The notes beneath the pieces were generated by a model that was given only the letters and a program-made list of their open reading frames with translations, ran no database searches and was not told where the DNA came from. A stretch of DNA of 64,000 nucleotides, taken from NCBI GenBank assembly GCA_002189035.1, contig CM007990.1, forward strand, positions 5,208,001 through 5,272,000, written 5' to 3'. Source of the DNA: Utricularia gibba. Taxonomy: Eukaryota > Plantae > Magnoliophyta. This document shows positions 41,958 through 55,916 of this stretch, piece after piece (the stretch's first letter is position 1; each line of letters starts with the position of its first letter). A program made the position numbers and the translations under genes.

Positions 41958-42870
41958 TCATTGAAGTATCTTGTCGATGCATACATCATGAAATCTTGTG
42001 TACAACTGCAGCAGTTTTCTGTGTCCGATTAGTGCATAGTTGTCGATATCGTCCTCGTAGATTTCATAAAACGCAGGAACTGTAAGAACAGCAAAAATAC
42101 CTGCAGCAGACAAACCAGGTATCATGTAGGAAACCATCTAGAAGATGAGCTGTGGTAATCATGTTATCCGCTTACAGATATAGCACAAGCTGAAGGCATC
42201 AAGCTGGCTCCCAAGAATGCTGATCACGAGAAGACCAGCTGCCACTTGGATGAATCTTCTTGTGTCTCGTCCCGTGGCAATTTCCTCAAACATGAAGAGC
42301 ACATCATTGACACTTCTGCTTATGGTGTCTGCAATTTCTCTCGTCGTCTCCTCCGAGAGATGCAGATGAGGCAGCGGTGGGGAAGGCCTGATTCAATTAG
42401 CTTTAGCAGTTGAGTTTTATATGATTCTGCCAACTCATCGAGCCTAATGTGTATCCTCAATCAAAGTTTCTGGATTGTGCAAAAAAGTGTAGATTTTACG
42501 CTAGACATGCTGTCTTAGAGGGAATCAATCAGCGTTCCCACCTGTAAAAGATTGCAGATGACTTCGCCCACACAAACAAGATGATGAAGAGAAGCAGCAG
42601 CACATTTGAGACGAACGACAGGAAAGTATAACCGTATATCTCAAACACCATCCAACTAGCCACAGTGAAGATCAAAACCTGCAGTGTGTAATCTTTTCTT
42701 CTCCAGAGAATTATATCCGCAACTACGAAAACATCAAGAAGGGAAGATCATCAAATCCGAGAAGACAAAGGAAGCTATTTTCCCACTCTTGAGAAACATA
42801 CATACCAGAGCCCCCCGAAGATCTCGTGAACTGTCCTCTTCCTGTAGAACAGCCGATCTGATGAACCCAT
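41958..42870 (-). CDS. Reticulon-like protein (RTNLB12/16-like)
   Basis: MGSSDRLFYRKRTVHEIFGGS|ADIILWR...SWMVFEIYGYTFLSFVSNVLLLLFIILFVWAKSS...LTVPAFYEIYEDDID. Confidence 0.92.
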
Positions 42871-43917
42871 GTCTCCAAGTGGGGAATACACGCCACGAAA
42901 CCGACTGAATCATAAGCCTGGGCGGCCTCAGTCACCCCGAGCTGTAAAGAAACCAACAACAGCTCAACCCATCAATGACTGCTTCCTTTCTAATAAAGAA
43001 TCTACAGTAGACCTTGGGCTTTTCCCTGCGGATCAGGGAGGGGGCAGATGGGACCCGTTCATTAGGACCTGAAAATATCCATTTTTTTGGAGGGGATTCA
43101 TTTTAGGGGCAGCGCAAGATTAAACTCCCGGAGACAGTTGAGAAAGAGACAACGGCTCATAACGCCGACGTTGGGATAAGTTCTTTCAGATTGCCAGCCA
43201 GCACTCCGTTTTAATGTTATCTGTGAAGCATTTCGTTTCATCGGAGACGGCCTTCAGCTCACCTCAGGCGCACAGGCAAAACAGAGGCGATTTCTATGTA
43301 TGTTTACCAGAAAAAAGCACAAAAAGGAGAGCAGTCCGGAAGTGGCACAAGAGGGATGCCAGCGGAACAGCCGCATTCAGGTATTTGACCAATGGATAGT
43401 ACATGGGACTCGTTTCTAATAACCAATCATTCATATCATCATCAATTCATCTTCATTATCATTCAGCCCTGCATAAACGCATACAATTAACAAAAAAAGG
43501 CGTATGAGCGCGCCTTGGGAAAAAAAAATAATCTCTTCCCTTGTAAGGTTCCAAGAGAGGATCTCTTGTACGGCCTGAGTGAACACTGGCACGAGGCGGC
43601 GAAAGCCAAAATCTCATCTCAGCCACTGAGTGAACAAATTGCAGAAGGGAAAAAGAAACCACATTACTGAAATGAACATAGAGTTTGGTAACAAGTAGCA
43701 AAATGAAACGGTTATGGGGTGGGTATATCATACCTTCAAAAGACTAACTGCGCGGCAAGCAGATGGCGGCTGAGTAGGGAAAAACAGAGCCAGCCCTTGA
43801 GCCAGTGCCCACCATCCCCGGCGCGGCGCAAAATCTGGAGTCGTGAAAACGCCTCCAGAAAAAAAAATAGATCACTGCAAAAAGCTCGTTTTTTCATGGA
43901 AGACGTGTGTTTTTGAG

Positions 43918-46900
43918 TCACACTTCAGAAGCACTGTGTTTGGAGAACCCGTTATTGGCCAGGGGTTCTTCTGATGCAGGCTTCACAGGATCCCAGAGGA
44001 ATCCATTTTCATTGTCTAGACTGGGTTTGTGACTGTCATCAACCACCATCCCAGAACGCAATGAAACATGTGAAATGTAGCCATCTGCAGAGACATGTGT
44101 GCGATGATTGGTCTCCATGCAAAATGCTTGAGGCAAATGGGCATCAGCACCACAAAGGGTTTGGATTGATTATTGGGGCGATACTTACCAGCCAAATTGC
44201 GGAGGGCATTCTCAGCAGCTTGTTGATGGGCATCCTTTCTCGTCTTCCCTATCCCAGAACCAATCTTCTCACCGGTGTAGAACACCTACGAGGATACTTT
44301 AATAAGTTTCAAACTCTCCCCGAGGAGCAAAGAGGATATTGAATGCACTGGTAGCATTTCGGCTTATCAAAAGGATTATCTTAAGCTGACTGCATCATGG
44401 AACAATAATTTTGTGGAGCTAACCTCTACTGAGAAGCCCAAATCGCTGCTTGCTCTCGCAACCACCTTAAACTCGACCTAAAGAGAAAAAGTGAAGACAT
44501 GAGGAGGAAAGTCAGAAGAAAAGGGTAAAAAGTTTATTCACCTTCGAATTGCATCTTCTTCCGATCTCCTGTAGTACTCTAACGGATAGAGATTGCAATA
44601 GATTTGTTTCAACTCCATCCACTTTAGTTTCTCCACCTTCAAAGGGTGGTTGGGAATGATGATTAACGAGACCAGACTCTACAAATTGCGGGAAATGATG
44701 TATTAATCAATGAAACTATAAAACGGCTGAGATTTTAAGTCCATGAAAAAAAGCATATTACTCTTTTCTTATATTATTTTCAGTTGCCTTTATCCATAGG
44801 ACTTTGCGTTAAAAAAAAAAAAAAGCACAGTTACAGAGCATATGTATGATAAGTCTACCCTGATATATACCTGCAATATTGTTTGCCTGAGTGGAGACTC
44901 TGCTACTGACATCATACCCTGTATTAGACTGCACAAAAAAGACAGTTGTTCACATGCCCCATTCCACTGGAGAAATAAAGCAAACAGCCAAGTATCAACC
45001 TCGCCATTCCTCACTTGAGGTACATGAGGCTGTTCAGAGGTACTGCATAACGTTGCACCCTTGATTAAATTCTGCCGACCTCGTTGTCCATTCAAAGGAT
45101 CAGATTCCTGGGGTACTACTGAATCTTGACCACCTGAATTTGCTCCATTAGTGTCTTCCTCCACTAGCCAGCCTCCTTGAGATGGTCGGTGAGATGAATC
45201 AGGCCAAGGAACTTTAGATATCAAAGGTGGCTCCATAGAACGGCTCCTGCTATCTCTGCGAACTAGATCTCCGAACAAGCTAGGCTCTGATTGAAGCAGA
45301 AAAGTGACCAATCACATACAAGGTCAAAATATGAACAAATTAATACAGTAAAATCTAGTTGCGAAAATGTTTTCATAATGTGATTTTCACCATGATAACA
45401 TAATAAAAAATATTGAGCAATAAAGGACCGTACTTCCAGAAGGTAGTAGTCCCTTCGTTGATGCAAGAGCTGCTATTCCACTGGATGCAGAAGGTGGTAG
45501 AATATTCGAACTTTCAGGTTTCAACTCAGAATTATTGATAGGCAACGGACGAGAGACTGCACTTTCTACGGCCTTTTCCTCCTGACAAGAAGGGAATTAG
45601 AAAACAATCATAAGAATTATGTTTAGAGAAGTATAAAAAAATGAGATGTGCAATCTACCATAGTGCGAAATCTCTGGGCAACTTCTTGTCCAACCATTCC
45701 TTCAGCAAAAGGTGCATTTGGATTGCCATTTGGCATAAAACTAGCATCCTGATGAAATAACACGATCAAAATGCCATGATATTGAAATGAATGACAATTT
45801 ACCCACCCACCTCTGATATCATGTAATTGCTAACGTCTGGAGCACAAGGTAGATTCCCTGCCTCATCTTCGTAGAAAATCTCAGAGATTCTGCGTAGCAG
45901 ATTTTCATCGAACTCTCTGATTTTTAGGGAAAAATAACCAAAATATTAACATCAACTAGAGAAAAAACTCAGTAATGAGAATTACAGCATCATGATGAAA
46001 ATTCAACTTACTTGAAGAAACAAGTCCTCACATTGCATGCAACATTTCTAGCTACACAAAGGACAGCAAGAGAGTTTGCAGTCTGGAGAGGGAAAGAGAT
46101 CATTATGATTAAAACAATGCACAAGACATGTGTTTTCTTAATCAAAATCTCTTTTCAAAGGGAAGAAAAAAATGCAGGATAGAGATTCAAATGAAGGAGG
46201 AGAAAGAGCCAGAGACAGAAGAAATACCTCAGCCTGTGGGGAATAATATGGCGTGAATGGAGGAACAACATGTACACGAGGTTGGTCCATATCTTCCCAC
46301 ACTTTCATGCGATCATCTATCACCATTGCCATACTTGGATGACAGCTGCCATCCTGGAAGACATTGAGAAGAGATTTCCTTGACCCTGAGAGAAATTATA
46401 CAAGTGGGATTTATATTATTTGAGCATTAGTTCAAACAATCATCTGATAGTGTACAGAATATCATACAAAAATTCAGAATCTGCATACCAAAATGGAACA
46501 CAAACACATCCTTTGAGGGAGAATCATATGATATAAAAAAAGGTAATAATTCCTGGCATGGAAAAGATATAGCAACCACAAATAAAATCCCAACCTGCTT
46601 TGACACAAACAACACGGTCCAGCAACTGCTTTGCGTTAATCAGGCGTGCTTCTGGATCTAGAAGTCTCCACATTTCCAGAGCATAATCTCTTTCAGCCAA
46701 TGTACAGACAAAAACTTCAAATCTTTTTCGTTCTCTAGCAATTAAATAATTTTTTAATTCATCCCATGCAGGTCGCAATCTGACTAAGACGCTGGTGTCA
46801 CGGTTCTGAAAAAAGGAATATACTCATTACATAATAAAAACTGATAAAAAAGGGTAAATGAGGAATCGTAAGAACAAATCCAGGTCGAACAATGCGAGTA

Positions 46901-47851
46901 ATAGAAAATCTCCCAAGTCCTATTCTAACCTCAGGATTAATGCGAGTAAGAACAATGCTCTTCTCAGGCAATCTGACAACAGGTCGAACAACACGGTGAG
47001 TCTCACCAGAATTGAGAATAACTTCTTCTTGCTGCATATTATAAACTCTTCCACTGTCCACAACGCTGTCTGTCTCTGCATACTGCTTCAGTAATGCTCG
47101 ATCTTCAATATATCTCTTCATTTCTGCTGTCATCCCAGACTCCCGGATAGGGTCAGTTTCACGACCAATCCAAGCAGTCAAAGCTTCAATCCTATCCTCA
47201 AATGACTTCATTGTGTTAGCAACAATCAGTGTCTCATCAAGATCGAACACAATTGCTAGGCAACGAGTATTCAACATCCATAAACATGTGTCGTACAAAC
47301 CACATGGCACTGAGTAGCACCAAAAGCATGGAAACTTCTTCTGTTTGCTTGGCATTGCCACTAAATGTATTTCCTCAGATCCATGTAACACAACTGCTGT
47401 CTACATATTTTACCGAAACAAAAGAAAAGAACGTATTAGAGAAGACTCAAATTAACGCCACAAACACCAAAAACTTCACCCAATATTCCTCACGCGTGTC
47501 ACCGAGTAGATTTATCGTTACAACAAAACAAAAGAAACGTTAACTAAAACAACGGTGAAGTCAAACCTTCAGTTCATAGAAGCATGCTGCGTGAAGGTTA
47601 ATCAACGGAGACTGCTCATAGTTACAATTCGAATCTCCATTAGAACAGGGCTCGAGCTTGCACCGCACTGATGAGTACGCTACTGTCTGAAGAACTGATA
47701 GAGGATGACATCTCTCACTGTTTGTCGATATACGGTTGATACGAATCTCATTGTTCGGAAATTGAAAACTCCCCTCCACCGGAACCGCCTCCAGCACTCC
47801 TAAGTAAACATCCCCATGATAAACCACGGATTTAAACCCTAATCTATTCAT
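43918..47851 (-). CDS. CPL2: RNA polymerase II CTD phosphatase-like 2 (FCP1-like domain plus dsRNA-binding motif); 3' end slightly uncertain
   Basis: [14 protein letters not shown], catalytic [50 protein letters not shown], and a single DRM (VEFK...[30 protein letters not shown]). Confidence 0.94.
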
Positions 47852-48706
47852 CTCCCCCAAATCGATGATCACAGAAAACGGAGACCACAACACTTCTATT
47901 CTGCTGAAAAATCATCTGAGACCAAAAACCGATCGATGACCACCGGCGACCAACGCATTCCGAAACCTCACACACTCTCTCTCTCTCCCACCCCCTGCCG
48001 CGCTTCTCTCACTTAACCTGGTCGCAAATTTGAACGACATGGGGTGTCACCGGCTTTATATAAATGAGCTGCGACCCTCATAATACCTAAATGGGTCTAG
48101 TTTCCTAGTTAATTACGGATGTGCCACGCAAACGCACGAAAGCTCGCAATACGCGTGGCTGCAGATAAGGACGTTAAAAAATTCCTCGGATGATCTCGAC
48201 GGTCGATCTTGAGAGCCTCATCTGGGCATAATAATAATAATGGAGATTTGGCGACCCATATGTGCAATTAACATGGAAAACGTGGTCTTTTCTATCAAAA
48301 ACCTCAGTGTTTTAAAATTGAATTAAATATTTTTAAATTTCAAAAAATTTTAATTCGCTATAAAAAAAATGTTCCCTAACTAATAACGGGATATCTAATT
48401 GGACGGAGTCCTATCCCGACCCGATAACACAATCATATCAACTTAAAGAACTATAAATGTTCTGATCAGGGTATGCTAACCTCAGGAGAAGGATACAGAA
48501 GCCCCTTATAACATGATCAAACGCTATATACACACCAGACTGAGCAAGGGGGGAACAATGCACCAAAGTGTACCTCATACATCACAGAGAGGTGATGCAA
48601 GCAAATCCAGGTGATGGTGCCAGATGCGATCTCGTGTATTTCCTCAGGCAGAGGAGTGAAATGCAGACATGGAAACTGTCAGTTACCTTCGCTGAGAGTA
48701 TTATGT

Positions 48707-51607
48707 TCATGATGAAACATGGAGCCTTCCGCTGATTTTTCTTCTTCTCCACCCCTGCGGAAGCACCATAATATGAGATAGGATCGTTAGAGCTGTTTAG
48801 GGGAAAAAGGCTATCTATACGGTGAGAAAACTTACGAAGGCTGCGTAGTATAAGAACGTGAGGCCGGCTAGAATGACAAACCCGATTTGGAAAACATTAT
48901 ACCTGAAAAGATAGCACCGTTCTAGTGGGATAGAATGCAAGAAATGATGGTGACAGAGTAGTAGAAGAACAACTAGGTACTGACTTGTATAGATACTTGA
49001 TTCCACGGAGGGACTGCAGAGTGTGCCCAAATATTTCTTGAGCTGCTGTTGCCTGGGAGTAATATGCGAATGCCGTTGCACAAAACTGAATAACACTGCA
49101 CCACCGCGATTGAAACAATCTACTCTGTAAGCGCGATTGAGTAAAAAGCATATACAGATGGACCACAAGCGATCCGGGCAGCTACCTGATTGAACAAAGA
49201 AGTATGAGACCGACGTTGAAAAGGAATGAGTTCATGAGGGTAGCTCCCCATCTGTCGAGAAGAATAATTTTCAGCTACAATAGTCACCGTCTTCAGATAT
49301 ATGATACACAAAAGTAGTGAGCGTACTTCATAGGATGGATTGTGATGAACGCCAATTTGAGGCCCAGCATTGTTGCACCAGCAACCACAGCAATCAACAA
49401 GTAGAAGCAGAAGAATGCAAATGCTGCTGTTCCCAAAAGACCTAGGAGAGAGAGCCATAAATAGTTATGAACAAAAAGACGGGAGTATCGCAATGTAAAT
49501 GAGAACACGCTAAGCTCTAACTCCGATGAATAATAGCATGAAGGAGATTCATTTACCCCAGGCATCATCCAATCTGATGAAGACCTCATTAAGAAATGGA
49601 GAAAGGGGAGGGTTGATCAGCAAATAAATGATGATATGTGCAACCCAAGCCACAGAAACGATTAAACTGCCCAGAAAAATAAGTAATTTTATGCACAGGA
49701 TTTGTGGTGGCAAGGTTACGGATAAAAGCGTAGGAGCTTACCCCACAACGCCTAGTACCAGCTTAGCTAGATAGCCAAGTACTGTAAGAGCCCATGTAGT
49801 CTCAGCCTGAAACGTACAAAATTCAACATAACTTAGACCCTTCTCATTGTTTCAACTAACCATTCCTCCCAGCGCCATCTGTAGCATGCAAGGGCTCCTT
49901 CTCCTTATAGTAGTGCAGAATCAAACAAACAAATACAAATCTTCAAGATGTATTAGCTCAACATCACCTTTTCACCTTGAGGATACATCTCCTCCAATGA
50001 CTTCACATCGTCTTCCAGCTGAAGCAGTTCCTAAAAACACCAAGGTGTATGGCAGCAACAACTTCAATGCATTGTATTTTCAATTAGAATAAGGCCTGGA
50101 GTGGCGGGTAGTTGCAATCCTACCTTCTCAACAGCTTTCACATTTTTACGCCATTTCCTTCCCTTGCTTCCACTTCTTTCTTCCTGATGAAGTGCATCAG
50201 CCGTTCTTTTCAGTTCTTTTGCTTTTTTCCCAAGTTCGGTTGCTTCCTGCATTAACAGTAGAGAAATAGGAATCCAAGCCCACAATAGAAAAAACATAAG
50301 TCTTGAACTGAATGAGAATTAGACTGCAAAAGGATGTAATACCCTGATATACTGAGAGCGAGTAATAACAGCCTTTGGTCGACGAACAAACGAAAATATA
50401 AGTCCAAGCGGAAGGCAAGCAATTCCAATACCACCAAATATCTAAATAATTCGAAAGGCAAAATATCAGCTTGCATAATCCATCAAATAAATATTAGTTT
50501 GCAGACTTAATAAATGCCATATCCATAAAGAACACACATCTCTGAAATCTAAAAGCCAGTGACATAAATATTTCCAAGGTAAATGGTTTCCAATGTCACA
50601 ATGATAGACAATATATCTCATAAAAAGAATGAAAGGTGGTACGGTGATAATTTTAGAATGGAAGGGCATACAGTAAAAAACACAGATCCAACAATCGTAG
50701 CTAATGCAACGATATATTCAGGGAAAGTGGTACGCATAGTCCATGTCGTCTCAGCAGAAGCGTTAGCAGCATGTGCAGAGCACTGAAAATTAGATAACGG
50801 TGTAAAAAGTTAAAATTTATACACTGAAATCATAAGATGGTATTACAATGAAACCTCGATCTTTGCTGACCTGCATTGCTCCACTTCCAATGCACGGCTG
50901 GCTGCTGGAGAAATCCCACGATGATGGAAAGGAAGCAGTAGTAGAAGAAAGATGCATAACGGTGAAATCCACATACCCCACGAGCCCTTTAACACAAGCC
51001 ATACAAAATTGTTGTAGCATATGTAAGGCGCTAGGATAAAACAACATACGTGAACCTGAGAGTACCGAAGCAACTGTGAATTAAATTACCATACAAAATT
51101 CCCAAAATTAGCGCACATACAACAGCAGTCGCAATCACCCACGCTAACGCACTTTTCACCCTCTTCAAAACGCTCCTAAAACCCATATAAAAAAGTCAGA
51201 AATTCAGAACGAGATAAAGTTACCAGATACCTTAGAAACGACAAAAACAGGAACACACTTGTCCAAGTCGCCTTCGTAGTAAAACATCGCAAAAGGAATG
51301 ACAAAGAAAACGAGAACCGCGTCAATAATGTAAACGGCCAGCCACAAATCCTTCATCGGCAGCGTGAGCCTACACGCGCCGTTGTAAAGCGAATTCCGAC
51401 AGGCCTGCCGGTTAGCCACATCGGCAGGGAGCATGAGAATCGAGATTGCAGCAATCGAGAGCCCCAAAACCACAACGAACTTTGGGAAATAAGCCTGGTT
51501 CACGTCATCTGGGTGCTGATAATTGACGAGGAGGTAGACGTTGAAAATGAGAACCAGGACGCAAACAATTATCGCGACGATGAGCAGCGCTAAATTGAAA
51601 TCCCCAT
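48707..51607 (-). CDS. LMBR1-like (LIMR family) multi-pass membrane protein
   Basis: MGDFNLALLIVAII...YLLVNYQHPDDVNQAYFPKFVVV...LMLPADVANRQAC...FAMFYYEGDLDK through to GWRRRKISGRLHVSS*. Confidence 0.93.
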
Positions 51608-52139
51608 GGCATCAAACCGAAGCTCCCCGCTCCTCCGGATTCCGATCAAAACGCTCTCAAAACCTAGGGTTTAGCTTCAATCGAAAACACAAATCCGAGA
51701 CCTGGAGACGTAGATTTGGGAAACCTGCAGAATCTGATATGCTATTCTCACATGGACGGCGTTCAAAGGCGCGAGACGGAAGGAGAAGGGAAAATTAAAA
51801 AAAGTCCGTAGTGACCAGTATGAAAAGACAATAATGCCCCGAACAGATATTTCGCGTGGGCGAAAAGGGACGATCACCGTACTAATCCAGGTGCTTGCTC
51901 TCGTACGCTGCATCGCAGAACGTCCTTTCTGCTTCCCTTCTCCTGTTTTCTTAGTATTCTGAAAGAATATCATACGCTTCAAAACCAGAGAAATTAAGTG
52001 AGAAAGGAAGATTTGCCAGCCGGTTTCTGGGAATGTAAACGAACCGGCAAGAAAGAGGAAGAGGGTCCAACATTAAGAAAAACATGGGAATTGCAACATA
52101 TTCAGGAGGTGATGGGGAGAGCATCACTTGATGATACCC

Positions 52140-53166
52140 CTAAAAGGTAGATCCATTCCAGCCAAAGAAGGAGCCCTGCAGAAACAACAATGGGGCATGA
52201 GTACCACTAGGGCAACGAACATGCGGGAATGGAGTTTTTCTAGACCATGGAGGACACAGCATCTAAAACCATGAAACCAGTGACTTCCAAAAAAGTGAAG
52301 GTTAGTTACATGATTTATAACTGGTGTAAAGCATGTAGACATTGTGCGTGTTCTTGAATTTGATGGTCCTATACAAGCACAACAATGGAATAAGAACCAC
52401 CGCAGGCATTCCACCAAATCATCTAGAGTATTCTGCATACCTTGGTGTCATAGAACTTGAGGTAAAATCTTGATTTTGGGATGGAGAGCTTGGTCTGAAG
52501 AATGGCTGCAATCGCAGCACTCAGTTTCTTGTTGATGTCAGCGTTCAGGCCTCCAATGGAAACCAGCTCTCCATATGCAGCGGGCTCCTCTGTCCCTCCA
52601 AAGGCAACCGGCACAGAGCCCTTCAGCACAACCATCACGTACTGCACCATATAACACAAGAAGATATGCCAATGAGATCTCCCACGACATCAATACGGAA
52701 CCCCTTAATAAACTTTCTGACACTCGTTACTTTCGTGCTAAGTATGCCAATGAAATCACTGAAGTGTAACCCCGTTTCGTGCAATTTCTCCTGAGTGCAT
52801 AAATACACATATCTTACCTTGGCTTCAAGCACTACATACACACTTGCTTACAATGTCTGAATCAAAACCCACCGTAATCTTACGAATTTGTTCCATTTGC
52901 GATAATCAACACAAAAATTCAGGGCACAAGCTTCATAATTTCAGAAATATTCAGCTAGATTTTTCACATAAATGAGGCGTATCAGTAGGGTTTATCGATA
53001 TTCACAAAAACCTTAAAAATGGTCTGCAAATGATACAAAAATGGAAAACACTAACAGCTTCAGGTTTTCCAATGATCTTTGCAGCGGAGGAAGAAATTTC
53101 CGATAGGATGGCGGAGGTGTTGACACACTCCAGGCTCACGTTAGTCGACAGATTAACACACGGCAT
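52140..53166 (-). CDS. Tautomerase/MIF superfamily protein (MIF/D-DT-like, 3 exons)
   Basis: MPCVNLSTN with the catalytic Pro after Met; IIGKPEAYVMVVLKGSVPVAFGGTEEPAAYGELVSIGGL; SRFYLKFYDTK|GSFFGWNGSTF*. Confidence 0.96.
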
Positions 53167-53766
53167 CGTTTCCCTCTTACTCTTCAGTTCGCAGAGGAAA
53201 AACGCATATTGCACGTCTTCACCCTTGCCCTAGTTTACTGATAAACTTTATTTAAAATAATAATAAAAAAACCGAAAAATGAAAAGTCCCTTTTTTGAAG
53301 GACCGGGAGCCGTTAATGGGGTGGGTCGAGAAAAATCTCCGCGCCAAGTTCCTACCGGCGGAAGGGTTAACGGAAATGGCGATCGCGAGAGTCGAATCCC
53401 GCCGGTAGCCACCGTCAGAGGCCACGAAGGGCGGCAACCACGTCACGAATAGGCAAAGATGATCATTTCTATGGTCCATAGCTGGGACCAACACCCTCGC
53501 ACTTATCGTGCATGCCGCCAATCGCCGTCGACGGTGGTTTTTGTTCTTGCTGTACTTCTGATAGATTCCACTATTTAGGCGGTGCATGAGTTCGCGGTAC
53601 CCAACAGGCCACATGGCGTGAACTATGCCATCCAATTTGTTTGATAATGGTGGGATGTTTAGGAGATAATAGATGTTTTCTCTAGAATTAACTACTTTTA
53701 TTCTGAGATAGAATCGGCTGATGATTACAGCTTTCACATACAAGTGAAAACGCCTTTGAACTAACT

Positions 53767-54715
53767 CTACTTTGCAGAACTCAGCGTCCATTGCAATTGA
53801 CTGAAGTCCTGAAGGTTTTGGCTAAAAGATGGAGATCTATGGTAGATAACAGAAGCAGCATGAATTAGAATGCTTGCCGTTAATCCCGCCACAGTAAAAT
53901 TCCCTTGCTCAGTTTCCAGGTCAAATACATGGCATGCATATTTGCATCCTCTCCATTCTTTCTCTACACACTTGTGCCTGCCATCTTCCTGCAGCAGAAA
54001 AGTGGTAATTTCAGGAATAGATTGAAGGCAAGTGCAGAAAAGCATCTAGATTTGAGGTGAAACCTGAAGGAACATTTCGAGGGGAGCATCGAAAATGGCA
54101 TCCACTTCATCAGCGTTAAGGATAGGCTTGAAATCTTTGACTCTGGACAGGAGGCCTATAACTGGCACCACCGTAAGTAAATTCTGCATTTTTTTAAGCA
54201 TGAGTTACTTAAATGTTATGTGTGTAGTCTAAACAACATTTTTATATTGATTGAATCATCTTCTACCCATGAAATGAAGGGTTCCATGTTGGCAACAACT
54301 CGAACTAGGCTCGGATTCAGTCCGATTTCCTCCTTGGCTTCTCTCAAAGCAGTTGCAGAGTCATCCTTATCCCCCTCATCCATCTTTCCACCAGGCAACG
54401 CTACATCTCCTGAGAACACCAAACTCTATTTGGTAGAAGCTGAATGACAAGTATTTGCTTACAACAGCAAAAGTACCAACCTGGATGAGATGAGAGTTTC
54501 ATGGATCTCCTTGTAAGAATTACACGGAGTTCGCCTTCTGGGCCAATGAAAATACACACCAAAACCGCTGCTCTCTTCTTCCGGGGCAAAGGATGTGTTA
54601 CTTTAGCCATAGAAACTGGCATCCCATGATACAGAAGCTTATTCTCAAGATGGTGAAGCACCCCTTCTTGGGCTTCACCTTCGCAGCTATCCATAACACC
54701 ATCCTCAGACTTCAT
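53767..54715 (-). CDS. Nudix hydrolase, CoA-pyrophosphatase type (NUDT11/15/22-like, 4 exons)
   Basis: KRAAVLVCIF...LRVILTRRSMKLSSHPGDVALPGGKMDEGDKDDSATALREAKEEIGL (Nudix box), LNADEVDAIFDAPLEMF, GLTASILI. Confidence 0.94.
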
Positions 54716-55471
54716 TGCCTTGCTAGTGAAGAAAGAAATCAAAGATCTTGGTGCACATTTTCCATTTCAAAAATTGTGATCAGGTGACTGCATCTCCTAC
54801 TTCCTTATTATATATAGAAGGTTATTGAACCTCCACTTCAGAAATGTGTAAATGAAATAACAACGAAGAGGTGATTACCATTGAATGCAAGTTCGGCTGA
54901 AGCCATCCTAAGCCAACTACTTAGTGGTTAATCTCTTTCTTAATTACAAGATTTAGGTGCTAGCCTGGCGATCGCATTATTGGATATCCTTTTTTGATCT
55001 TCATTACTGTTGATCACTGTTTATTGGAGATTACAGTTGGTAGAAAGCTTAGTGTGGTGATATGCTACTGCGTAGAGAGTATTGATAATAATGTCTTTGC
55101 TATGAGACCACGTGCACTTATCTGGATTTCATTTCGAATATATGCCTTCCAGATTGGATGGATCGATATACACAAAATTGGAGATATTACTGATTTTGGG
55201 TTTGTTTCTCCTACCTCTCTTTTCTTATACTGATGGCTTGCACTCAAGTAATGTTCCTGATAGCCTAGTGGCATGTTGATTGATGAAGTCCGGGCTTCAT
55301 TTTTTTCATTACAGTAGAGCAGAGTTGAATGTTTTTACAATAGAATCAATGAAAGATTTGACTGTGGTTACCATGGTGCATTATACCGTAGGGGTAGTTT
55401 GAGGGTTCAGTTTGGAACGTACTTCATGGAGCTTCTTGGTCGTGAAATTGTACTTCGTGGATGGGAGAGGG

Positions 55472-55673
55472 CAGGGGCGGTCTAACTCGTGGACCCGGCA
55501 AGAAAGTGCACGACCCGCCGAGCCTAGCCTACCGGTTCATAATTTCCGCCTAGGCCTGTACAGGTTCACACTAGACCCGTGGGCTCAGGACAGTATGAAC
55601 ATGGTGGCAGGCCTGGTCTGTATGCCCGGAGAGCCCACCAGCTCTGTGCACGCCTGGCTCAGGTTCAGCTCTA
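55472..55673. mobile_element. Possible degenerate hAT-type MITE
   Basis: GC-rich island starting CAGGGGCGG and ending CAGCTCTA (imperfect TIR), with internal ACCCG/GGGCT motifs. No TSD found. Confidence 0.25.
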
Positions 55674-55916
55674 GGGACTCAAAAGGCAAAAGGTCAGGAA
55701 AAGTGGAATATGTTGTGTTGTCTTCGTTGCTTTGGCAGGATTTGGATGCAAAACCATGTACATGACATGATGTTGTTGTATTACAATCAACCCTTTTTTC
55801 AAACTTGCAAGTTTGGATCACCGAAGACAGACAATCGCTTGTCAAATTACTGTGCAGCTTGCACTTACATTCAAGATACACAAAAATTAACCTTCAAGAT
55901 ACACAAAAATCAACCT

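Noticed and set aside
53252-53791. 179-aa minus-strand ORF
   Set aside because: Overlaps the Nudix 3' UTR and MIF promoter, with no homology cues and composition unlike real exons.
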